From an uncultured delta proteobacterium (GTDB lineage: Bacteria; Desulfobacterota; Binatia; Binatales; Binataceae): a stretch of DNA of 64,000 nt. Below the pieces are notes generated by a model. That model worked only from the letters and a program-made list of their open reading frames with translations. It was not told where the DNA came from and ran no database searches. Shown here in pieces: positions 42,843 to 52,639 of this stretch (its first letter is position 1; each line of letters begins with the position of its first letter). A program made the translations under genes and the position numbers. The stretch covers positions 32,001 through 96,000 of the forward strand of contig CAVRVY010000003.1 of the NCBI GenBank assembly GCA_963724765.1. Reading direction: 5' to 3'.

Positions 42843-43142
42843 ATGAAGAGAATAGAAGCGGTAATCGTGCGCTCGGCTTTGGACGACTTTCACCGATGCG
42901 CCAGGCAGCTCGGAATCTTCGGATTCGATTTATCTGAGGAACAGACGAAACTCAGAGACTCCGATTGTACTTCCGACGGCACAACGAGGCTTAGAGTAGA
43001 TTTCGCGGTCCTCGATGAAGAGACTAAGCCCTCCATTCACGCCGTTCTCGAATCAGTCCATCCGGACAGCATCGCGATTTTCAAATTTGATCAGGATGCA
43101 CGGCCGGCAACGCCTACAGGGCGTCCTGCGATTCATCCCTAG
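42843..43142 (+). CDS. Degenerate P-II-like protein 2
   Basis: MKRIEAVI...LGI..FD...RLRVDFAVLD...VHPDSIAIFK; clear paralog of 28039-28461 with a shorter T-loop. Confidence 0.65.
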   Translation: MKRIEAVIVRSALDDFHRCARQLGIFGFDLSEEQTKLRDSDCTSDGTTRLRVDFAVLDEETKPSIHAVLESVHPDSIAIFKFDQDARPATPTGRPAIHP

Positions 43143-43347
43143 CTGTTGCCTTAGGCGAACGCCCGGCGAGCGCTGTCCGAACCACGACGGAATCGGTTGT
43201 GCTACCGAGAGAACTGTTGCGTACTGGTGCATTTAAGGAAGCATACTGTGTATCGATCCCGGGTGCGATGGAAAATCAGACTCCGAACTTGTCGGTTTCG
43301 CGGCGCGTGACTATCCTGCCCCGCAATGTTGGTAGAGCAAACCGCTG

Positions 43348-44685
43348 ATGATCGGTTCGCGCGAGATCGTTATCGTCTCGCTGCTGGGGCTCCTGACGAC
43401 GTCCTCGTCAATCTTCGGCGCTGCTCTCGGTCTGTATGTTCCACTCTCCAAGCGGATGCTGGCCTCGTTCTGGCCTTTGCCGCCGGCGCCCTCATCAGTG
43501 CGCTGACCATCGAATTGGCGTTCGAAGGTGCCCAGGAACTGCATCAGCAGGGTTTCGACGCCAATGCGGCATGGGGGTTCATTGCCAGCGGCTTCGCTCT
43601 CGGTTCCATCGTCTATTATTTCACCTCTTTGTTCCTCGACCAGAAGGGGGCAGCGATAAGCTACCCGACACGATTTCGCGAATATGCTCTGGGACGCAAG
43701 CAGAAGGATGCGAAGGAGACGATCCAACTGCTGTCGAAATGCGACCTTCTGCGCCATCTGCCGCCCGAAGAAGTCGAACGAATCCTTCCGTTCGTCCGCA
43801 CCCGCCACCTCGACGATGGTGAGATTCTCTTCCATGCGGGCGATGCAGGAGACGCGCTCTACATCGTGACACAGGGGCAAGGTCGACGTGTTGTCGGCCG
43901 CGGCCGGCGGGCAGCTCAATGGACATGTCACCGGAGAAAGGCTCGCGGAACTGGGCGAAGGACAGGCATTCGGGGAGATGGCCCTCCTCAGCGGAGAGCC
44001 ACGTACTGCCACGATTCAATCGGCCGCTCAAACGGACCTGTTGGAAATCGGCAAGGAAGACTTTGATCGCCTCGTTGCGAACAATCGGGAGTTGGCCACC
44101 GAGGTGGAGCGGCTCAGCCACGAGCGCGCGATCAGGAATCTCAGCTCCGGCGGCGCTAATCCTTCGCAGTGGGCCAAGGTTGCGGCCAGCAATCTGGAGG
44201 ATCTGAGCAGGAGTGAGGCGAAAAGGATCCTGGCCGAAGCCAGTCAAGGAGCAGGACTGGCAATTGTTCTCGGAAACATTCTGGATACGATTCCGGGATG
44301 CCTCGTGATCGGTGCGAAGTTCGTCGGGGTGGAGAGCTTGTCGATCACTCTCATAGTCGGGATGTTCGTGGGTGGGATCCCCGAGGCAGCGGCGAGTGCT
44401 TCGATGCTTAAGAGAGCTGGGTACAATACCTTCGCGATTTTTGCCCTCTGGTCGACGGTTCTTGTCGCCGGAGTTGCGGCAGCAGCGGCCGGGAAGATAT
44501 TCATCGGCTCCGGCTCGCACGTGGCGGTTTTCTTTCAAGCGGTAGCGGGGGACGCGGTGCTCGCCCTGGTTGCTCACGCAATGATTCCGGAATCGATCCA
44601 CGCGGGTGGATCCCTGATCGTGCTGCCGGCCGTCGCCGGCTTTCTCTTCGCTCTATGGCTCGTTCTCACGCAGTCGTTGGTGTGA
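43348..44685 (+). pseudogene. ZIP-like membrane protein with an inserted cyclic-nucleotide-binding domain, frameshifted
   Basis: LAFAAGALISALTIEL and GGIPEAA...AMIPE ZIP-like halves flank LFHAGDAGDALYIV...FGEMALLSGEPRTAT. Spread over three frames. Confidence 0.75.
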
Positions 44686-44787
44686 ACTCTATTATTAGCA
44701 TTAATGTGGCTCGCTGAGATTATGCAGCATTGTAGTGAATTGCGGACAGCACGGATGCCGCTCATATCGGCTAAGACTCGCACTCCT

Positions 44788-45395
44788 ATGCTCCAACATC
44801 TTGCACAATTCGGGCGGTCCGTCGTGACACGCGTGTGGACCTGGGTTGGAGTACCAATCACGATCTGGGGCTTGTTGCCGTCTGATGTTCAGCTAAAGCT
44901 CACTGGTAATTATTGGCCGTCATCTATTGACAACAAACATGTGCTGTTCCTTGGCTTTACGCTGCTCACGTTCTCGTGTTTTCGCGCGTGGGATGCGAAA
45001 CGGAGGTTCGCTGAACAATCCGCAGTGTCTCCCCGTTTTGAATTACAAATCAACCGAATAGACGTCAGTTCGCTTCCATGTGGATGCGAACTTACCACCC
45101 ACATAACGATTCGTAATCGCGGCTCTGATAGTCAGGCTACCGACTGGCAATTGCGCGGCAGTGACAATAAGGGCATATCGCTTACGAGTGATGAAGCCAT
45201 ACGAGCGAAGTTCGAACCAATGGACGGGGATTTGACCGATCATTCGGTTCGACGGAGCCAAACGAGACGAGGAGTGGTTATTCTCATTGTTCAAGGAATC
45301 AGTGAAACGCAGGCAAGGCAAATCACCTATTGGTTTCTGGCTTGTCGAGATGGTCTGAACGTACGTCATGAGTCAGCCGCTCAATACTTAGGAGC
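44788..45395 (+). pseudogene. Lower-GC hypothetical membrane protein, fused at its 3' end to the dapF fragment
   Basis: Two hydrophobic segments, then an abrupt change to high-GC DapF codons near 45400. Confidence 0.4.
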
Positions 45396-45399
45396 TTTG

Positions 45400-45841
45400 C
45401 TTTGCACTTCGGCGGTCTCGATGGTCAATTCGCATTGCGTGGTGTTCGTCGACAACGAAGTCGTGTTCGCCCTGGAAGATTCCGAGTTCGCCCGCGTCGG
45501 GCGACAGTTCGAGCATCATCCGTTCTTCCCCCGGCGCGTCAACCCGGAGTTCATCCTGCCGTTTTCGCGCGACAGGCTGCGGATGCGGGTGTGGGAGCGG
45601 GCTCGGGTGAGACACCGGCCTGCGGCACGGGAGTCTGCGCCGCGCTGGTCACCGCGGTGCAGACCGGACGGGCCGAGCGACGGGCGACACTGGAATTGCG
45701 CGCGGCGGAAAGCTGAGGATCGAATAGCGTGAGCACGGCGCGAACGCAGCAAATCACGTGATGATGACCGGTGAAGCGGTCAAAGTGTTCAGCGGCGAAG
45801 TCGAGGTTGGCGACGGCGAACCGGTGCCGGTCGTCAAGTGA
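45400..45841 (+). pseudogene. dapF: Diaminopimelate epimerase C-terminal fragment with frameshifts
   Basis: AVSMVNSHCVVFV (cf. SMGNPHCV), FEHHPFFPRRVN.EF, MRVWER / GETPACGTG / MTGEAVKVFSGE. Confidence 0.85.
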
Positions 45842-45858
45842 GCTTGGAGGGCCATCCT

Positions 45859-46731
45859 ATGGTCAACGGAGCACTGACGGCGATCGTAACTCCCTTTCGC
45901 GACGGCGAGGTCGACCAGCAAGCGCTGTGCGAGCTGGTCGAATTCCAGATCCAGGGCGGCGTCGACGGGCTGGTGCCGTGCGACTCGACCGGCGAGTCGG
46001 CCACGCTCACCCATTCCGAGCACGAGCAGGTGATCAAGATCGTCGTCCAGCAGGCGCGCCGGCGCGTGCCGGTCGTGGCCGGCACCGGCTCGAACTCGAC
46101 CGCCGAAGCGATCCGACGGACCGCCTCCGCACGCGAGGCCGGGGCCGACGGCGCACTACTGATCTCGCCCTACTATAACAAGCCCACCCAAGACGGCATT
46201 TTCAGACACTACAAAATGATCGCGGCGGCGGTCGACCTGCCGCTCATCGTCCACAACATCCCAGGGCGCACCAGCTCCAACATCGTGCCCGAGACCTTCG
46301 CCCGGCTGAGCGAGATCCGCAACATCGTCGCGATCAAGGAAGCCTCGGGCTCGATGGATCAGACCTCCGACATCCGCCGCCTGTGCGGCGACCGGCTGAC
46401 GATCCTTTCGGGCGATGATTCGCTCACCCTGCCGCTGATGGCGCTCGGGGCCAAGGGCGTGGTCGCAACCGTCAGCAACGTGATGCCGCGCGAGACGCAT
46501 GAGCTGGCGGCAGCGGCGCTGGCGGGGGACTACGCGCGGGCGCGCGAGCTGCACTATAAGCTGTTGCCGCTGGTGCGCGCGCTGTTCGTGGAGACCAATC
46601 CGATCCCGGTCAAGCAGGCGCTCGCCTTCATGGGCAAGTGCACGGCCGAGATGCGGATGCCGCTGGTGCAGATGTCGCCGAGCCCGGCTGAGAAGCTGCA
46701 CGCGGTGATGAAGGAGCTGCGCCTGATCTGA
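45859..46731 (+). CDS. dapA: Dihydrodipicolinate synthase, with substitutions at conserved sites
   Basis: TAIVTPF, STGES, AGTGSNST, PYYNKP, IKEASG, LSGDD, ETNPIPVK. YN>HN and G>D changes. Confidence 0.9.
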   Translation: MVNGALTAIVTPFRDGEVDQQALCELVEFQIQGGVDGLVPCDSTGESATLTHSEHEQVIKIVVQQARRRVPVVAGTGSNSTAEAIRRTASAREAGADGALLISPYYNKPTQDGIFRHYKMIAAAVDLPLIVHNIPGRTSSNIVPETFARLSEIRNIVAIKEASGSMDQTSDIRRLCGDRLTILSGDDSLTLPLMALGAKGVVATVSNVMPRETHELAAAALAGDYARARELHYKLLPLVRALFVETNPIPVKQALAFMGKCTAEMRMPLVQMSPSPAEKLHAVMKELRLI

Positions 46732-46846
46732 CGCGACGGTCTACAGAAATACCTCGGGCGAAACGCGGAAGTACTCGGCCAGTCGCCTGATGTCGGTTTT
46801 GCTAAGCCCGCGCTTGCCGCTCAGGATCTCTGACGCAACGCTGTGA

Positions 46847-47008
46847 CTTATTCCCGTGGCCCTGAGAGGAGTGACCTATCAACCCCTCGGAGCGGATGCG
46901 TTGCTGCGGAGAAACCTGCTCATTTGGGGCGTCGGTGGTGTCATTCTGCCGTTCGCAGGTATCAAGCTTATCGATGTAGTCATGGGCGCCATGCACCTCG
47001 TTGCCTAG
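46847..47008 (+). pseudogene. kdpB: 3' tip of a second kdpB
   Basis: Manual translation [53 protein letters not shown], similar to the tail of 35962-38019. Confidence 0.85.
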
Positions 47009-47030
47009 CGCGAGAGTAGAAGGATAGGCG

Positions 47031-47669
47031 GTGATGAAAATTTACATAAAGAAAAGTCTCTGGCTGTTGGGCTCTACAGTGGTCATTTGTTGTTTGATCT
47101 ATCCGCTTATTGTATGGGCAATCGGACAAACGCTTTTCTCATTTACCGCAAACGGGAGCATGGTGACCGGTCCGGATGGCAAACCCGTCGGCTCGCTCCT
47201 GATCGCTCAACCGTTCACCAAGGATGAATACTTCTGGCCGCGGCCCTCGGCCGCGTCATACGACGCGTCCGCGTCCGCCTCATCCACACTCGCCGCTTCC
47301 AACTATCTGCTGCGCGATCGCGTGGCGCGGATGCTCGGTCCGATCGTAAAGTACCAGAACGGTCCAAAGGCTGGACAGTTGGTCGCCCCAGACATAGAGG
47401 CGTGGTTTCTAGGGGATCGCTACCAGAGTAACCCGCATCTAGTCGCACAATGGGCCGATAACCATAACGAGCTCGCGCAGAGCTGGGTGAGCGCGGATCC
47501 GTCGCACGCCCAATATATTAGCGACTGGGCAAAGGCCCACAAACGAGAGGACCTCCACTGGATCGACACTGAGACGCAGGCGCTCTTGAACCTGCTCGCC
47601 GACTCGATCGCCACCGCAAAAGTCCTGCTGCTGGTCAACTATCGACCTGAATACCCGACTTCCTCTTGA
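47031..47669 (+). pseudogene. kdpC: Second (long-type) kdpC, truncated and fused to an AAA/adenylate-cyclase-type ATPase fragment
   Basis: IYPL, ANGS, GSLLIAQPF, YFWPRPSAA, then EDLHWIDTETQALLNLL...LLVNYRPEY. Confidence 0.8.
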
Positions 47670-48006
47670 TTGCCTTTACGATGTCGGCAGGCGCAAGACG
47701 CGGCGACACGTTGAGGGCATAAGACACGCCATTGACGCGTCCTGCGATGTTGATCTGGTCGACTTCGCGATAGAAGCTCACTTCATGATTTGCGCCGAGA
47801 TCGACAATCATCCAGGCATTGCCCGCAGCCGCCGAACGCGCCTTTCCCCCCATCAATAGCCCTACCTCGGTTGCGAGCAGATGTAGCTTTCTGAGTTCCT
47901 CTTCCCTGTCATGCTTCCGGGCCGCCGAAACGGCGCGGGCATGCTCCTCTTGTTTCTTGCGCGCCGCCTTGCGATCTTCCTGTTCGTTGGAGTTAATCAT
48001 CTCCAA
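47635..48006 (-). CDS. Hypothetical protein
   Basis: 123-aa ORF with a charged helical N-terminus; no recognised motif. Confidence 0.4.
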   Translation of the reverse strand: MEMINSNEQEDRKAARKKQEEHARAVSAARKHDREEELRKLHLLATEVGLLMGGKARSAAAGNAWMIVDLGANHEVSFYREVDQINIAGRVNGVSYALNVSPRLAPADIVKAIKRKSGIQVDS

Positions 48007-48061
48007 TCATTATATCGACAAGTCAACCGGCATTTCCATTTGAATCCGCGATTCAGAATTG

Positions 48062-48226
48062 GCAGGTCGCGTACGCGGATTATTCCGTCCGCAGATGCGA
48101 TCCGATCAATTCTCTCTCGGCGGTGAACCAGTCGATCCAATCGTTGCCGTGGACGCTGCCGCGCGCCAAAAATAGTTCGTAGGCCCGCCGCTGAATCTGT
48201 TCGACAGTTCGCGAACCGTTAGCAAC
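48062..48226 (-). repeat. Inverted partial duplicate of the DUF2934 gene (57573-57737)
   Basis: Reverse complement reads VANGSRTVEQIQRRAYELFLARGSVHGNDWIDWFTAERELIGSHLRTE*. Confidence 0.9.
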
Positions 48227-48342
48227 TAATACACCGAGTCGCGCCAACCGGAGTCGTTCTCCGGGTCCGTGAGTGATCGCTAATCACGCACGCGCACACG
48301 CGCGAATTTCGATCGATTCTCCGATTAGGCCAAAACCTGGCG

Positions 48343-48447
48343 GACTGAATGGTGGAGCGAACTGAATTCGAACTGCCGGTACCGATTTCTAAACTGCCAG
48401 ACGACAGCGTCGTGTTATAATTTGCGACGCTGAGACGAGTTGCCCCT
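48343..48447 (+). repeat. tRNA-3'-end-like repeat, copy B
   Basis: GACTGAATGGTGGAGCGAACTGAATTCGAACTGCCGGTACC...GTCGTGTTATAATTTGCGACGCTGAGACGAGTTGCCC. Confidence 0.9.
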
Positions 48448-48524
48448 GATCGTCCAGCGAGCAGGCAGCGACATTGCGGCGTCGGAGGGGCGGTGTATAT
48501 CGTTATCCCGAGGCGAACAAACCA

Positions 48525-49043
48525 ATGGCAGCAAACAACAGGTCAACCGGGGGACGAAGTGCGGGTAGTGCTGTCGTGCGAGAACTCGACCAACTCAGAA
48601 AGAAGGTCAAGGAATTGACGCTCAGGTTGGAGCGCGAAGCAAAGGCTCGCAAGCTCGATGCTCGGCTGGCCGCGGTGGCTAACAAGGCTCGCGAGCAACT
48701 GACCGGAGAAATCAAGGCCCTTCGGGAGCAGGGACGAAAGCTCGCATCGCAGCTCAAGTCGACGCTTGGCGATGCCGGTAAACGGGAGCAGGCACTCCAA
48801 GAGGCGCGCGCCAAAGTCGGGGAACTGAAGGTGGAACTCGGGCGCAAAACCGAGCACCTCAGGCGCAAGTCCGGAGAACTCAAGAAGCTCGCCGAGGAAT
48901 CGGCCCATCGAGCCGCTGCGATCATCCGTGGTGACGCCGAGCATGCCACAGAGCCTGTTGAGGCTGAGCCCGCAACGCCGCCGGCACCCTCGGAGCTGGG
49001 TTCGGAGAGCCATCCGAGCGACAAGCCAACACCAGATGGCTAA
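48525..49043 (+). CDS. Coiled-coil hypothetical protein
   Basis: Long K/E/R/L/A heptad region with a Pro-rich tail; GAGG RBS. Confidence 0.55.
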   Translation: MAANNRSTGGRSAGSAVVRELDQLRKKVKELTLRLEREAKARKLDARLAAVANKAREQLTGEIKALREQGRKLASQLKSTLGDAGKREQALQEARAKVGELKVELGRKTEHLRRKSGELKKLAEESAHRAAAIIRGDAEHATEPVEAEPATPPAPSELGSESHPSDKPTPDG

Positions 49044-49472
49044 ACGAAAGACCGAAGAAGAATCTCTTGCGCAAAGGAAACCCGACGCGGCGCAACTCCC
49101 AAAAGTCGAGATTGATTTCGAGACATTAGTTGCCGCCGGTATCGCCGCAGCGATCATAAGATCGCCCAACAGGCGGAGAAAACCCAGGTCCAACCCAGCG
49201 CGATAAGCAAGATCGAACCATCACCGTCCCGAACTTGCTCGCCCTCGGCGGCGAGCAGATCGGTTCGAAGTTTACGCACATGATGTATGTCGCTCATCTC
49301 TCCAGAGAATGCTGAAAACTGAAGACCCTCGGTACCGCCCATTACGCTGCTTCTTTCAGCGTAAAGAGGCGGACCAACGCATGCTTATGAAGGTTTGGGC
49401 GGAGACCCGAGGCCGGTTTGATCGCGCTCGAAGAGCCTGAACGCTTGCGGCATCATTACTGCGCGCCGCCCC

Positions 49473-50453
49473 TCAAGTGAAGAGCGAGCTCACCGACTCC
49501 TCATTATGAATGCGGCGGATCGCCTCCGCTATAAGGCTGGCCACCGACAGCACTTTGAGCGATCCCAGTTCCGCCTGCGCCTTGGCCCGCAGCGGGATGC
49601 TGTTGGTGGTGACCACTTCGCTCAGCCGCGACTGGTTGAGCCGCTCGCAGGCCGGGTCGGAAAGTATCGGATGGGTCGCGCAGGCGAGGACCTCGGTCGC
49701 CCCGGCGTTCATCACCACCTTGGCCGCCTCGGCAATCGTGCTGGCGGTGTCGATCATGTCGTCGACCAGCAGCGCAGAGGAATCGCGCACCTCGCCGACC
49801 AGCTGCATCTCGGCGACTTCGCTGGCGCGACGCGGGCGGCGCTTGTCGATAATCGCGAGATTGGCGTTGAGCCGCCGCGCAAAGGCGCGGGCCCGCTCCA
49901 CCCCGCCGGCGGCGGGCGAGACCACCGAGACGCGCCGGTTCTCCAGGCGCTTGCGCAGGTACTGGATCAGCACCGGCATCGCGTAGAGGTTGTCGACCGG
50001 GATGTTGAAGAAGCCCTGGATCTGGCCGGCGTGGAGGTCGACGGTGAGCACGCGCAGGGCGCCGGCGGTGGTGATGAGGTCGGCGACCAGCTTGGCGCTG
50101 ATCGGCACGCGCGGGGTGACCTTGCGGTCCTGGCGCGCGTACCCGAAGTAGGGCACCACGGCGGTGATGCGCTTGGCCGAGGCGCGCCTGAGCGCGTCCA
50201 TCAGCAGCAGCAGCTCCATCAGGTTGTCGTTGGGCGGCGTGCAGATCGACTGGAGCACGAAGCAATCCCCGCCGCGCACGTTCTCGCGCACTTCGACCAT
50301 CACTTCGCCGTCCGGGAAGCGGCCGACTTCCGCCTGGCCCAACCGCACGCCGAGATACTCGCAGACCTCGCGCGCCAGCGCCGGGTTGGAGTTGCCGGTG
50401 AAAATCTCCAGTTCGTCTTTCGCCCGTTCAGGCATCTCGGCCCCCTCGGCCAA
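49473..50453 (-). CDS. prs: Ribose-phosphate pyrophosphokinase, with substitutions at conserved sites
   Basis: FPDGE, ENVRG, PYFGYARQDRK, DLHAGQIQGFF, IIDKRR, DDMIDT, ESVSSLF. Shows SPAAGG and DTAST variants. Confidence 0.95.
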   Translation of the reverse strand: MAEGAEMPERAKDELEIFTGNSNPALAREVCEYLGVRLGQAEVGRFPDGEVMVEVRENVRGGDCFVLQSICTPPNDNLMELLLLMDALRRASAKRITAVVPYFGYARQDRKVTPRVPISAKLVADLITTAGALRVLTVDLHAGQIQGFFNIPVDNLYAMPVLIQYLRKRLENRRVSVVSPAAGGVERARAFARRLNANLAIIDKRRPRRASEVAEMQLVGEVRDSSALLVDDMIDTASTIAEAAKVVMNAGATEVLACATHPILSDPACERLNQSRLSEVVTTNSIPLRAKAQAELGSLKVLSVASLIAEAIRRIHNEESVSSLFT

Positions 50454-50932
50454 GCCAAAGTCGCACTAACCACCATCTGCCCGGTACACGCCGACAGAAA
50501 CCCGTCGCTCTCGATGGGACCTCGGCAGGAAGCCGGGCTGATTTCTGTGCCACTGCTTCGGGTGCGGCAGCGACCACACGACCGCGGACAGTTGGCGCTC
50601 AAAGCGCCAACGTCCACCGCCGAAAGTCGAAATTGAGAGAATCCAGGGGAACGGCGCGGGTATCTTCCGGATGAGGATTTCTCTGGTGGACTTTGAACTC
50701 ACCAAGTACCATAGGCATCGATGGTCCGGAAGGTTTTGCACAACCGCTGCGTCCATTGCCCTGGTTTCTTCCGTGAAGGCGTGATTACCGACCATGTAAT
50801 CCCGCCTGTTTCAGCTCGACAGGCACAGCCAACTTCGCGAAGCCGGCAGCACCTGCCTGTGAGCCGTGCAACGTTCAGCTCGGACAGCGGATAAACTTGC
50901 GCATCGATTCTCTCCTTCAGCGCTTTACGCCG

Positions 50933-51544
50933 CTAGGCAGTCGCCGCGATTACGGCGAGCGGCTCCTGATATTGCAGGCACTCGACCGCCTCGAACCCAG
51001 CTTTGCGCATCCATTCGAGATGCGCGTCAAGGCCACCCGAGAAACTGACCAAATCAGAATCTAGGAACATTGCACCGGGCCGAAGCACCGAGCGCACCGC
51101 CCGATAGCAGGCGGCCATGAGCTCGTGATCGCGCAGATTATGGATCGCAATCGCCGAGACCGCGAGATCGAATGGCCCGTTTGCTTTTTTCGTCCATTCC
51201 GCGGCGCGCAGGTCGCCTAGCACGAAAGTAAGCCGTGGGGCGTGCGGAGCGAGGCGTCGCCGTGCATATTCCGTCATAGGTTCGGAAAAGTCCAGCAATG
51301 TGACGCGCGCCAGCGGGAATCGGCGTAATACTTCCTCGGTTACGACTCCATACCCTGCACCCACGTCGAGTACACTGATATCGCTGTCGGTTTGAAGCGG
51401 TGCCCGCTTAAGCATCTGCTGGAGCATCGGGCGCCGCTCGCCGTCACGTTGGACGTCTCGCGCGATCCAGTCGTCTACGTACTCGCGTGAGTGCCAGTCG
51501 TGATCACCTATATGACGGTCTCGTGGGCTGCCCATGCGATACAC
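50933..51544 (-). CDS. Class I SAM-dependent methyltransferase
   Basis: VLDVGAGYG, LLDFSEPM, FDLAVSAIAIH, LRPGA; GGAGG RBS. Confidence 0.88.
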   Translation of the reverse strand: MYRMGSPRDRHIGDHDWHSREYVDDWIARDVQRDGERRPMLQQMLKRAPLQTDSDISVLDVGAGYGVVTEEVLRRFPLARVTLLDFSEPMTEYARRRLAPHAPRLTFVLGDLRAAEWTKKANGPFDLAVSAIAIHNLRDHELMAACYRAVRSVLRPGAMFLDSDLVSFSGGLDAHLEWMRKAGFEAVECLQYQEPLAVIAATA

Positions 51545-51560
51545 CTCCTCGTTTCGGGAC

Positions 51561-51650
51561 TCAGCCGGTCACGCCGGCGTCCACGACCAACGTAATACCG
51601 GTGACGTAGCATCGCTTCGTCCGAAGTCAGAAAAGTCACTGCCGCTTCTG
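51561..51650 (-). pseudogene. 3' tip of an SDR oxidoreductase
   Basis: AAVTFLTSDEA / YVTGITLVVDAG* C-terminal SDR pattern, with a frameshift. Confidence 0.55.
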
Positions 51651-51654
51651 CCGC

Positions 51655-51792
51655 TTCGGCCTCAAGCCGCGCTCGACGTGTGAACCGCGACCGGATAGCA
51701 AGCAGCAGCTGGCTCAGAAACACGACCATCGGCCGCTTTATTACCATACGCCCAACCGCGCGTCATCCCGGATAAGGTTTTCGGGAGGCACA
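51655..51792 (-). mobile_element. IS481-like left end and first ~30 codons
   Basis: TGTGCCTCCCGAAAACCTTATCCGGGATGAC...MVIKRPMVVFLSQLLLAIRSRFTRRARLEAE. Confidence 0.85.
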
Positions 51793-51797
51793 GCTCT

Positions 51798-52442
51798 TTG
51801 ATCATGCCCGATAGCAAAGCTTCCCCCCCCTTCGGCGGCGCCCACGCCTGGTGCGATCGTTCTGGACTGTCACTATGGTATGCTTCACCCGTGTCGCGTG
51901 GCTCAAAATTGATTCTCTTCGTCGGGTTCGTGATGCTTGGCCCGGCCGTCGGGCTTTTCACTGGGGTGTATTCCTTCGTCCAGGCAGAGAAGCTGAGCTT
52001 CTGCGCCTCGTGCCATACGATGATGCCATGGATCCGTGACCTCGAAGATCCGAATAGTAAGTCACTGGCTTCGCTTCACTATCGAAATCGCTTTATTCCA
52101 CACGATCAGTGCTATACATGCCACGTCGACTACGAGTTTTTGGGTCCGATCGACGCCAAGATCGGAGGGGTCAGACACGCAGCGATTTACTATTTCGGCA
52201 ATGCCACACCCAAGGACATCAAACTCTATAAACCGTTTCCCAATGGCAACTGTCTAAGATGCCATGCCGGTTCCGCACCTTTCCTGCAGAATCCTGCACA
52301 CCTGGCGGTGATGGTGCAGATTCTGGCGGATCAGACGAGGTGCTACACCTGTCATCAGTCTGTACACATGCCGGAGTTCGACAGCGTTGCGCAGGCGGCG
52401 GCGCCGTCGCAGGCACAGAAGAACGCACGGAAACCGCAATGA
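51798..52442 (+). CDS. NapC/NirT-like membrane-anchored tetraheme cytochrome c
   Basis: TM helix followed by four CxxCH motifs (CASCH, CYTCH, CLRCH, CYTCH). The start may be clipped by the IS. Confidence 0.85.
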   Translation: MIMPDSKASPPFGGAHAWCDRSGLSLWYASPVSRGSKLILFVGFVMLGPAVGLFTGVYSFVQAEKLSFCASCHTMMPWIRDLEDPNSKSLASLHYRNRFIPHDQCYTCHVDYEFLGPIDAKIGGVRHAAIYYFGNATPKDIKLYKPFPNGNCLRCHAGSAPFLQNPAHLAVMVQILADQTRCYTCHQSVHMPEFDSVAQAAAPSQAQKNARKPQ

Positions 52443-52639
52443 GCCGTCTACCGATTCTGCTGAAAGCCGCCATAGCGCTGTACGCTCTCGGATGCGTGGT
52501 TGCGCTCGTCTGTCTTATCGACACGACCGCCCTCACCATGACCGGCTTCTTCCTCGTCGGGCTCGGAAGTTTTGGACTCGGCCTCCTTGCTTATGCGAGG
52601 GTCGTCTGGGACGATCTTCGCGCCCATGGTGTACTTTGA
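52439..52639 (+). CDS. Small two-TM membrane protein coupled to the cytochrome
   Basis: ATGA overlap with the cytochrome stop; MSRLPILLKAAIALYALG...VWDDLRAHGVL. Confidence 0.65.
   Translation: MSRLPILLKAAIALYALGCVVALVCLIDTTALTMTGFFLVGLGSFGLGLLAYARVVWDDLRAHGVL

Noticed and set aside
44704-45732. 342-aa ORF as a single gene
   Set aside because: Fusion of a lower-GC hypothetical with a frameshifted dapF piece.
49504-50636. Long ORFs 49506-50636 (+) and 49504-50265 (-)
   Set aside because: Shadow frames of prs caused by high GC at third codon positions.
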